Assembly: GCA_965649765.1 (NCBI GenBank)
Contig: OZ287748.1
Coordinates: forward strand, 67,456,001-67,520,000
Direction: 5' to 3'
DNA length: 64,000 nucleotides
Source: Bispira polyomma
Taxonomy: Eukaryota
The position numbers and the translations under genes are program-made. A model generated the notes under the pieces. That model was not told where the DNA came from, ran no database searches, and was given only the letters and a program-made list of their open reading frames with translations. Positions 38,977 through 50,900 of the stretch are shown one piece after another (within the stretch, counting starts at the first letter, position 1; the number at the start of each line of letters is the position of its first letter).

Positions 38977-41900
38977 AAAAAAAAAAATAAAAAAAAATAA
39001 TGGAAGGGGAGTGTTTAAAGTATGGGTAAATGGAGGGTCCTAGGTGACACTGCAAAACTAATTCCGGACTGATCGGCTGTATTTCACTCGTTTATTGGTT
39101 TGCTCGGCGAGAAGTGATACATTACAGCATTTTGGTTTAAGGCAGCAAAATCAGGGAGAATGGGGTGGAAAATCGAGAGGGGGGGGGGGTGTTTTTAGGT
39201 AGGGGAGAAGAAGGGGGGTATTTTTTATAGGGACAAGAACTTATTTGATACATCGAGGATACATAGTTTGTAAGGGAGAGGGATGGAAAAGTATGTTTTA
39301 AATGAGAATGTACTAAATCAGTAGAGCAATACAAAGGTTAATAGTCAATATTACTAAAGGGAGAAGTCAAGCTTATTTGATAATTATATATGTATATACT
39401 ATATAAAGTACAGTTAATTGGAATTGAAAGAAACGTTCGAAAATTTATTTCTAGGGTGGACTGAGGTGCCAGGGATTTTTTAGCGTGACTATCATATTTT
39501 GTGTGAGTGGCTGTTGATATTATGTCATTAATTACAAGGCAGAGGTTATAACTTATGTTAAATGATAAAGAATGTAGATAAGGTAAACTTTGAAGCTCAG
39601 ATAACAAGGGTAATTTAAACAGAGAATTCAATCACCTATGCTCTGGTATTGTGGTCTCCTGTGGCATGGTGGTTAGGGAGGTGGTCTGGTGATTAAAAGA
39701 CCCCTGCTTCGACTGCCGGTTGAGTTCACCGCTAGGTTCACCGGTAAGATAACATCCTTGGGCATGATGTGAACACTCTATTGCCTACTGATCACAACCC
39801 ACTTGGTTTGTTGACTGGATGTTGCGCTTTAGAAAATACTTTGCATCAACAAAGTACATTAAATCTATGCATTGCAATTGTTAAAATAGGCTTACAATTA
39901 ATTCTGATTAAACTGTAAAGTTTTGAAAATTATTAATAGGTAATAATATACAGTTGAAAGGAATTATACAATTATAACAAAATATATTTAGGTTTTATAT
40001 ATTAAAACTATCTTTGCTTGCAGATGCAATCTTCCCCCAATATCATCTTGCTCCTTCCCAAAATCCATAATAGGACGGAATTAACAGTTTCTGGTAAGAA
40101 CCGGAAGTCCTCTATGTCTTTAGCCAATCAGCAGTTTCCTAGCCACTTCCAGGTGACGGAAATCCATCTCTGAAATAAGGGGTATAGTCTGGGCATATTA
40201 CCAGCCACTTAGACCCCTAATGAATCCCTTCGTAATTTGTCTGACCGACAATGGGATTAAAAGTCTTCCGATTTTTCCATACCTAATTTCCATTCCATAA
40301 GGTTTATTTAAACCAGATATGTGTCTTTTTTGGCTGAAAATGCTTTTTATTATAATTATTTATATAACAACTTTATTGGATGAAAATCTGTGCATCAAAA
40401 TATATTATCATTGGTATTCAATGTGTCTGTCCACTCTTTCTTTTCGCTGCTTGTAGATCAGTAAGTGTGTGGATAAACTGAATGAGCTATTATATGCAAG
40501 GGGCTAACATGTAACAGATGCAAACATAAATGACTGACATGGTACAAAACAAAACATTGTCACCGACGTATATATATATATAGCTACATACATATTCCTT
40601 TTTTTTCAATATTTTAAGGCACTTTTGTAAGCCAATTTCTGTAAATAAATGCAATATTCATATTAATAGAGCTAACGTGTAATAAGTAAATTGATGAATT
40701 ACTAAAACCTTGTACAAAACAACGGATTGAAGCCTACATTTCTGTATACACGTATCTGTCCTTTTGAATCTTATAATGCCATTTTAGTTGGCCCCTGGCA
40801 AGAACACAGCCTTGAGTCTACAGTAATTGCTGTTGTCTCAGTGAGGTAATGACTGCCCCCTTTTTGTCACTAACTGGACAGACGAAAGCTGTAAACACTA
40901 ATGCGTTGTGACGTGGCATTTTACCCCCCTCTTAGGAGCTTCAATCTTGCTAGTCTTCAGTTTTTTTGTCCAGGAGCTATTTATCAAATAAGGGTCTTAC
41001 GAATATTTGACAAAAAGCTAAACTGACACCACTGTTTAAGAGGATAAAGTATCATGTCAAGTTTAATTTGAGTTTAACTATTACCAGTTCAGAAAGGAAC
41101 TAGAGCTAGAATCATTGTATCTAAGATATGCTGAACAGCTTTGAAAATGAAACTAGACATCCTTCTAAAAACTGTATAGTGGAATTTTTGATCAACCAAA
41201 CTGTTGGTGAAGTCGGGCTTGTATTGTAGCTAGTCTCTGGTGACCATTGAGCTATATGTATCACTTTTGCCATATTCAAAAGCTATAAACAATATGTGGT
41301 AATATATACATCACTATAACTATCCAAAGTGTTCAATATAAAGAGGGTGTTTACTTTTCAGAGGTACTGTGCAATACATTGGTGGCATACAGGATCAGGG
41401 AAAGTGTTCATTCTATAAAGGTTTTCACTATCAGAGGTTTTATGGTATAGTCAAATTCCAATGATTAATAAATTAACAACTGTTAAGGGCAATGAATTAT
41501 TCCTTCCAGCGCAGTTTAAAGACCTATCTGTTCAATGATGCATTTCCTCCTTAATCTCTTTCCTGTTCTTGGTTGACGCATTGATGACGACTTCCTTCTG
41601 TCAATGATTTTTGGTTCTGGCTGTGGTTTTTTGCTCCTTAGAATTCGTTACAACAAAAATAAGCGCTAAAAAAGTCTGATATGTTATTAACTGGGAGTTT
41701 ATTAATTTAAGTTTTCGACTTATATCCTATGTACAGTTGCTTATTAAAAAATGAATTTCCATTGATTTCCAGTAAGATGACTATCACCAAACAAAAATGC
41801 ATGAATATAATTTTATTGTTCAGTCATATTTGCATAATCACACTTATTATCGCTTACCTAGTGTAACTCTCGCGGGAGTTGCCTCTCTGTTGATCCAGAA

Positions 41901-44900
41901 CGAGACCCATGAGATGATGACGATAAGGTAGCAGGGTAAATAAATCTGTAGCAGGTAGAAGCCTATCTCCCTCTGTAGGTGGAACTCGACATACAGTATG
42001 GACCTTTCACCTGGTAAGAAAACAACAAATACCGCAGATAAATACACATGGACAAGTAAAAAAAGAAGACAAGTTTGGCATTATGAATTTTGATCTTGGT
42101 TCAAATTAGATCCAAGATTCAAAGGTTTCATCAGTAAGATTCCAGTGAGGTATTGAGTATTACTTTGAGTATATGTCTTTCTTAGGGAAACTACGTATAC
42201 AAGGCCCGTATACAAGTCTTACAAAATTACTATGTCAACATTAAAAAGACAGGCCAATTAATAGTAAGATAGGGACAGTATAATTTTGGATAATTATTAT
42301 TACTGTGCATTTTTAATGCACTTTATTGATGCAAGTCATATTCTAAAGTGCAACAACAGAATCAGTTAACCCGTCGTGTCGTTCATAAACATAGCCAGGT
42401 CGTAAAGAGGTATGTGGGGATGTACAGGAGGGAAACAAGGGGGATAAGAATTTGAATTTGGATATTTAACGTCCACTCTAGTACCTTTTAGTAGGTTATA
42501 TTGGGACGGGTAGTTGGTAACACTGGAGGAAACACTGCATACAGTCGGTCAAGGTTCTGCAGAGAAACCAGCGGCCCACAGTAAGGAACTACCACCTTTC
42601 CCACATAGGCATCGACGGGATTCGAACTCATGCCGCCTAGAGGTGAGAGACCAGTGATTGTGAAGCGCAATGGATAAGCGAGCTTGAAAATATAGGTGTA
42701 TGTTTATTCCTAAAAGCAATAAGTGTTTCTAGTGATCTAAGCTAAACTAGGAGACTGTTCCATAACATGGGGCTGCTATGGAGAAAGCTCTGGATCCAGC
42801 CTTCTAGGCTGGTTTAAGAAAGGAAACAGAAAGTTTGTCACCTCTTTTCAGATTACTGAACGAATGGAGAGAAGTGAGGTAGGAAGGATGTTGAGTGACA
42901 ACAGTCTTGAAATACTCAAAATAATTAGTGCTGATTCATATATTATTTATTGTAATGATATTTAATGATCAATGCCACCAAAACATTGTAATAGAAAATA
43001 TTTTCAAGATTGTCAAATATATGAAGTCACAGGCACACTTTTTTGAACAAGTGTGTTGAATTCAACCCCAAAAAATCTCATATTATCATCGTAGAAAGTT
43101 ATCACCAATCACAAAACAGTAATAATTTGATTTTACTATTCTCCATCTCTCTTTCACATTTTTTGAAAACAGCCCTCCATAAATTTGATTTCCTACCTTT
43201 TGGAATCCCTTTCACAAACCGTGTACCTAAAAATAGTCCTGTTCTTTAGTAAATAGTTTGCTTGTTAGGCCATGCTGAATGTATCACTTAGTGGCAAGGC
43301 CATTTTGAAGAATGTCTTGTCAAACACTCCGTCATTTGACAATGTCAAATTATTCTTTTTAAGCCGAGCATTTATATGGCTAAGCCGGGAGAGATTGACC
43401 TTATTACCCAATTTTCTAAGGAATAAACCTTTCTACCAACTCCATTTAGGTCAAACATAGCCAGCTTTCTATCTTTTTCTGTACTTAATTTAGAATAATT
43501 TCTATAAAATATAACCAAATGGTTTGAGACAGTATTTTTGGGCTTAATTTTCTTAAAATATAACCACACGGTTTGAGACAGTATTTTTTGGCTTAATTCT
43601 AAAAATTTATGACACATGATATTACTGGCAAGTAATATACCGCCTCCTTACATAATATATTAGGCCATACCCTGCAAACTTATTTGTTTTTATCTCAACC
43701 TAATATATATACCTGACTTAAAGTCAGTAAGCAGCTTACACAATTATGCATTGAAGTAAAGATTCATACTTGTTACTTTAGTTTCTGGAAACGTTTGGCA
43801 ATATTTAATCCAAGTAATTCTACGTCGACTTTAACCTAACCTCAGGTGTAAAAGTTTCAGCAAATATAGGTCAAGAAATCACAAGAAACCTAAAAGGTAT
43901 AAACTGCCTGTCTATAACAGGGTTAGGCTCAAGGCTTATTCTGACTGATTAAATTCTGATGGTCACTTAGACTGAAATTGCAGCCAATACCAACTGATAA
44001 ATAGTGCTGAGAGAGAAGTGTTTAATGCATTACGTGTTGTACAATAGTTAAAATATAAAGCAACAACATCTGCTCAAGTATCAACATCTAAACTTACTTT
44101 ATTATAAATTAAATGAGGTGTATCAATTAGCTGTTTCAGATAATATTTTAGCCGAAAACACCAGTAGAAATTGTGTGCATTTTATGGATATATGAGACCA
44201 AAGGATATTCAGTATGGGACCATTTTTATTGCCATAAATATCTCTTTAAGCATTTGCATCCTACCAGGTGGTCAGATCTTCGTGTTGGCTAGTTAACCTC
44301 TTTATTACATAAGCATATCAATTAAGCTTTATATTTTCATAGCTATAGCATTCTCTGATACTATATGTCACAAGCTGGCCACAAGGGTAAACATTTCTTT
44401 GAAGTGTAATACAAAAGTTTGGTATTTTGTTATATATATTGTTGTGTTGTAGTTGAATTGACAATTCTGTCGAAATTAGCAGGTTATGTTGTTATCTGTG
44501 TTAGATTTGTTTGTTTGTTTTACTATGTCACCAAGATTACACTAAAATCACTGAAATAATTTTACATGAAATTTTGTGTAAAAAGGGATGGGGCATGGTC
44601 TAAATAATAATGCTTTAAATTATCGAGTGGATCCTGGTAGAAAATCAAATCCAGTACCAATCTAGTTGGTAATTTATTTATTGTTCTTGTATACACGCCA
44701 CCTAGATCAGTCACATGTTACACACGTGGACTGGGGGATCAGCTACTATAATGATGTAATCCATTGTCACAGGCTGCATGGATTAATTAATGTGAAGTGT
44801 TTTTTTGCACCACTAACAATATATTTCATCATATTTCATCACATTTACAATGATGGAGGAAACTAATACTATTGGTATTGGAAAACACTGACCTATGGCA

Positions 44901-47900
44901 ATTACCTGACAAACTCTTCCTCCATGACAGAAGCAGTAAGAGCTAGTGATATAAAAGCAGATGCTTACCGGGACACCGTGGCCCCTATCGGTTGCATAAA
45001 ACTATTGTACATTCTATTGTACCGTATATTTTTTAATGCAGCTGATTGATACATGGCATCTTCTAAAACACAACAACCAAAACCATAACAACCAATCATG
45101 TGTCCTATAACATAGCCTTGGCCATCAGCACTATGATCATGTCTTGGGCAAAGTATGTTATCCCACCAAGGAAGCTAGCGATATCAGCAGGAGTTGAACC
45201 AGGGTCTTTTCGATCACCAGACAAAGTCCCCAAATTAGGAGTCAAACTGGGTACATTCTGATCACCAGACAAACTTCATGGGATGAAGAATGTTTGGTTT
45301 TTTCTTACTGGAGTATCAAAGATATAGAAATTTCAGAGACATTTGTACAAATACTTATACTCGACTGTTTTTTTTGGTTACCATGGTTTTCCTTTGATGT
45401 CTGTGTATCTATCGAAATGTGGGTCAATGAGAACTGTGCCATGGTGATGTCCTCGTGTTCTCTGACCGGTTTGGTACTGTTACTTGGTTGCCATATCAGC
45501 CTCACATCATTGTCTGTGTACCCATCTAAAAACAGAGACAGGGGGTAAGATGACAAGACGGTTCTGAACTAAGAAAACAATGCATACTAGTGTAAAATGG
45601 CAGAACAAAGGAGGTGTGGTCTGAATTACCCATGTAAATTGAAAGATGAAAATATAAGTGGTAAAACATAATGCTTTTGGTCTTCATAGATCGAGAAACA
45701 GTTAAGACCATATCACTCGATAAAGTTTTTGATGCAGAGTTATGTAGTTACTCGAATAATAGTATTCAATTGTTAATATTGTGAAAGATTTAGACACTAA
45801 TTTTGATATGTCATATTAGAACCATAATGACGTATTCCAAACCAGGGATATACGGGGAAATGTTACCACTGTTACGTTTGAAGAAACACTGATACTTTGT
45901 CTTTGCATTACTAAGCCCCCCCCCCTCCCCCCCAATCATTCTTCAATTCCCTATACATCCCTATGTTGTCTTGGGTTATTTCTTGAGTAAAGAAAAAATA
46001 CTTACAACTTCCTATAAGTAGAGGACACATCTGACTGTCTAGTGGGTACTTCTTGAGATGCATCATACAAGCAGACTTTACTGTTAACCTGTATTAATAC
46101 AAAACTGGAACAGAATAAAACCAAGAAATCAAGCAAGCAAACAGGTTCATCCTGACATTGTAAGCTAAAGCAATACTAGGGCGTATTACAAAGGTGTTTC
46201 TTCTCACAAATGTTAGCTAACTGTATACAGGACTCCTCCCATGTCATTGGGCAAGGTTATGGTAAATGCATAGTAAAGATACAGTATATGTAAAGTCAAA
46301 GTTTAGGGTTTTACGTCCCATTCAACAGCTAGGGTTATATTGGGACAGGCCCACAGCATTTGTCACTTGTGGGAGGTGAACCCACACAGAGGTGACAGCC
46401 TGTGATTAGATGCCAAACTTTCTAACCGCTTGGCCACTGAGGACCTACAGTATGTGTAAAATTTTGCACATGCCTATCAATTGTTAAATTACAACAGTGG
46501 ATTTTCCCATTGATAGAATGAACTATATTTTTACAGTGTACACTTCATCATGTCATTAAAAAGAAGCACAAAAGAACCTCGCCACAAGGGCTCTATTTTC
46601 AAAGGATAAACTATAACAAGGACACTAATAACCAATAGATGTAAAATTGCCTATCTTTTGTCTTAGTTTTCATGTTTATAAAGTAAACCAAATAACCACA
46701 AGCAAAAAAAGTTTATAATTGCTATCATGCTGAAAATAACATTTATGTTAAAAAAATCAGGTGTCAACACTGTAGAATTTTTTTTTCATCAGTAATGTTA
46801 AGTTCCTTTGTAAGGGGATTTTTTAGTGTGAATACAATTTACCAATGCAGTGGATATCACTTTGTATTTCAAAAATTTGATAAACATGCTGTATACATAT
46901 ATGTAGGTCATCCAGGGGTCCCCTTTAAATACGGACCCCATGGCAATACCCTCCCTCTCTGGCAAACACAGTGGAGGAAGTTGAAGGAGAATGATTGGCA
47001 GGCATTTTGATACTGATGACACTGCTTTGTAGTTATAGAGGAGAAAGAATGGCCAGAAAGTCTTAGCCCCAATAAATAAACATTATATTTAGGCTGATCT
47101 TAAGATGATAGACATCACTTCACAGTAGTAGCTGCCCCGCTTCTCCTGACAATAAGCAGTTTGTATATATTTAAATACTTACTAAAAATTCGTTACTTAA
47201 ATAAATATTAAATAAATCTATTTTGGTAAAACAATGACAAACAATTAACTGGTTTGAGTTTAAGGGTGGTAATTTTTGTTCATAGAACTTTATAGAGTCC
47301 TATTTCTCTATTGGCATCAGACCTCATTTTAGATGGATTGTGCCTCTATACCGATCTTCCCTTAATCATTGCTATTTGCTTTAATTAGTAACAATCTATG
47401 CCAGTCATCCCTATTCATGTATGGGCACTGAATTAGTTAACTAAAGCTTTTTACCATATTGTGCCATACATATTTTTTGTGGCTTCTTCTTTACAGGATT
47501 CACCCAATTTAAACCATATTAACGCCCAAAACTATTTAAGCTCTACAACAGAAGATTTAGGCAAGGGATTTTTATTCTATTTTATATTAATGTATATATA
47601 TGTGTGTAAGTTATTGGTACAGCTGGGTCGTATATGTCTATATATGCACTAGTATACTAAATAATAGGAGCCAAAAAATCACTCAGTATAGCACATTAGG
47701 TGACGTATTTGATATATGTGCTCTTTGGCTACAGATCTAGACCTCTAAAAGTGGACTAGCTGATATAGCATATAGCAAAATCGATAAAATAACTTATTTG
47801 ACCAAAGGTATAAGGTGAAATACCCATTAAAAGTACACAGCAAATACTTTATTTGGACCTGCACCAAAAGTAAATAGTACATATGCCCTACACAAGATGT

Positions 47901-50900
47901 GGTTCAAATTCAGCGTTGTAGGTTTTTCGCAATCCTGCCAACAAACAAACCAATAAAGATAGAGGCGCAAAAACATAACATCTCTGTGGAGCCAACAATG
48001 TGAGGAATACCAGTAGTGACAGTCGTGTGACTGACAGAGGGTTATTTATTCATGTTAAGCAGAAATTTTGGGAAATGTTGGGAGACATTTTATTTTACAG
48101 AGGACAGTCAATACAATTTAATATCCATAGGTGTAGATGGTTTGTCTCTGTCATTGCTGTCTAAGGAGTAATCTGATTTGTATCTAGACATATGTAGATG
48201 ACCTAGCTGACAAATGGCATAAGCGAGTGTGCTTCCACCCTATATAATAGGGTGTTCTGTTATGGAACCTACTCTTGGGGGGTACATAGTATATTGTGTG
48301 AAGATATATCTCATATTCTTTACCAATTGCTTTCCAGTGAAATTATTATTCGCTGAACAGTGTCTAAGATGGTTTAATTACTTCATTTATTGTGTTTTCG
48401 CCCCGGTCATTTTGGTTTGCTGATTCGTTTTGTTTGTTAATAGGATTACAGAAACTCTAAAAGAGTAATCTGTTTGAAAGTCTCTCATTGGATTTGGATA
48501 AAAAAAGAATAAAAAGCAGATTTGGTTTGATTAAAAAATTTTTGGCAGGTTATGGGATGTCCCAATAAAAGCTGAATTCTGGTCATAACAAAACTACGTC
48601 AATATACAAAAGGCACCATTTTTTGGCAGTTTACGGTATGTAGCAATAAAAACCTGATTTCTGGTCATAACAAAATGTGCATGCGTAGATACACATGGCG
48701 GCAATTTTAGGCAGTTTACAGTATGTCCCAATAAAACCCGATTTCTGGTCATAACAAAACGTGCATGCCAATATACACATGGCGCCAATTTTGGGCAGTT
48801 TACGGTATGTCCCAAAAAAACCCTGATTTCTGATCATAAAAAAACGTGCATGCGTAGATACACATTGCGCCAATTTTGGGCAGTTTACAGTATGTCCCAA
48901 TAAAGCCTGATTTCTGGTCTAACAAAACGTGCATGCTTATATACATATGGTGCCAATTTTAGGCAGTTTACAGTATGTCCCAATAAAACCTGATTTCTGA
49001 TCATAACAAAACGTGCATGACAAGATACACATGGCGCCAATTTTGGGCAGTTTACAGTATGTCCCAATAAAACCCGATTTCTGGTCATAACAAAACGTGC
49101 ATGCCAAGATACACATGGCGACAATTTTAGGCAGTTTACAGTATGTCCTAAATAAAAACTGATTTCTGGTCATAACAAAATGTGCATGCCAATCTACACA
49201 TGGCGCCAATTTTGGGCACTTTACGGTATGTCCCAATAAAACCTGATTCCTGGTCATAACAAACTTCGGTAATCTAGTCAAATTGACGTAACACACATGG
49301 GGAAGTAAGCGGGAGTATAGTGTGTGACAGCAATGTGTAATAATTTTGGATTATTACCATGAAGAAATCACCAAAAAGGGGAAGGGATCAAATGAAACAA
49401 TTCTTGGTGCTCCCATTTCCAGTGCTGCTGCATTCTAAGGATTGTTTCATCAATGTTTGTAACATTTAATCCCTCATAAAGCTCATATTTTCCGGACGTT
49501 TATGGGCTGTTGGGAAATTGGAGATTTCCTCTAGAACACTCTAGCTGGCAAGGCGATGCTGGGTAAAGCTCAAAGTAAATACCAAGGGAAAGGTGCCTTT
49601 AAAAGAGGCAGTTGTGAGCAAGGAAACGGAGGCAGGGAGGGGGCGGCGTTTTTATCAGCCATATCCTGATATTGTTTTAACCCTAAAAAGTGTGCGGCCA
49701 TGTTGGAAATAATATGTAAGGCCTTCATGGAATGGTTGGAAGCAATCAACCCTGGCCAAACTGAGGGGTGTCAGTCACACTGTGCGCCGATTAAAATAAA
49801 AAGAGAACTGTTGTTGAGTGTGGCAATTCCCCACGGTTATTACCTCAGCCAGAGAGGTTATGTTTTTGCTCTTTGTCAGTTGGTTTGTTCGATAAAAGGC
49901 TTATATAATAAATATATAATTATAAACATATAATATAATAACACCCCACACTGATTTTAACCAAACTTTACAAAGGGCAAAGGCCAAGGAGAAACATCCA
50001 TTAAGTTGTAAGCTAAAGTAAGTACTAAGTACTTACTGTATACTTTAATAAGTATTTACCTAATATCTAAAAAACAATACGATTTTGTCTGTACCATATG
50101 GCGGAGATTTGCACTCTCATGAGCGTTTGTGTGAGATAGGAACGGTGTTATGAGTGTATAATACTTTTTTCGTACATTATAAAGAAGACAAAGTTTTTTT
50201 TTATTTAACATCCACTCTAGTAAATTTTAGTAGGTTATATTGGGATGGGTAGTTGGAAATGCTGGAGGAAACACTGCATACAGTCGGTCAAGGCTCTGCA
50301 CTGAAACCAGCGGCCCACAGTAAGGAACTACCACCTTTCCCACATAGGCATCAACGGGATTCGAACTCACGTCACCCAGAGGCGAGAGACCAGTGATTGT
50401 GAAGCGCAATGCTTGCTAACCACTAGGCCACCGCGGTCCCAATTTTTGGAGTGATAATGTATTTGGGTGTATGTTTTCTATTGAAAGATAAACAACAGGG
50501 GATACATCCTCTGTCTCTCTACACACATATATCCCATAGAATACATTTGTTAATCCATATCACAATAGCTGGGAAACCTGTACAGATAAAATTTTCACCT
50601 AAAATGACAAATGTCACAAAGACATCTGTTAAATAAAATTACAATTTGCATACAGATAAATTATCACCTAAAATGGTATATCTTACAGAAGACATTTGTT
50701 AATTGATATCACAATGACTGACAACTTGTTAAAGATAAATTATCATCTAAAACAATGGTAATTAACGTATGTGTATGTCATAGAGTAACACCCCAAAAGT
50801 TGAAAATATGAGGGGTGGAACAGTAGTAAACAAAATTAGCAGGTTTGTAAGTGATGGATCAACATCATTCAGAGACAATAGGTGATAAACTCAACCCTTT

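Noticed and set aside
48555-49296. 84-bp and 39-bp (9620-9852) arrays as CRISPR arrays or Cys-rich repeat proteins
   Set aside because: Head-to-tail repeats without unique spacers and no cas genes; ORFs stay open because the unit lengths are multiples of 3
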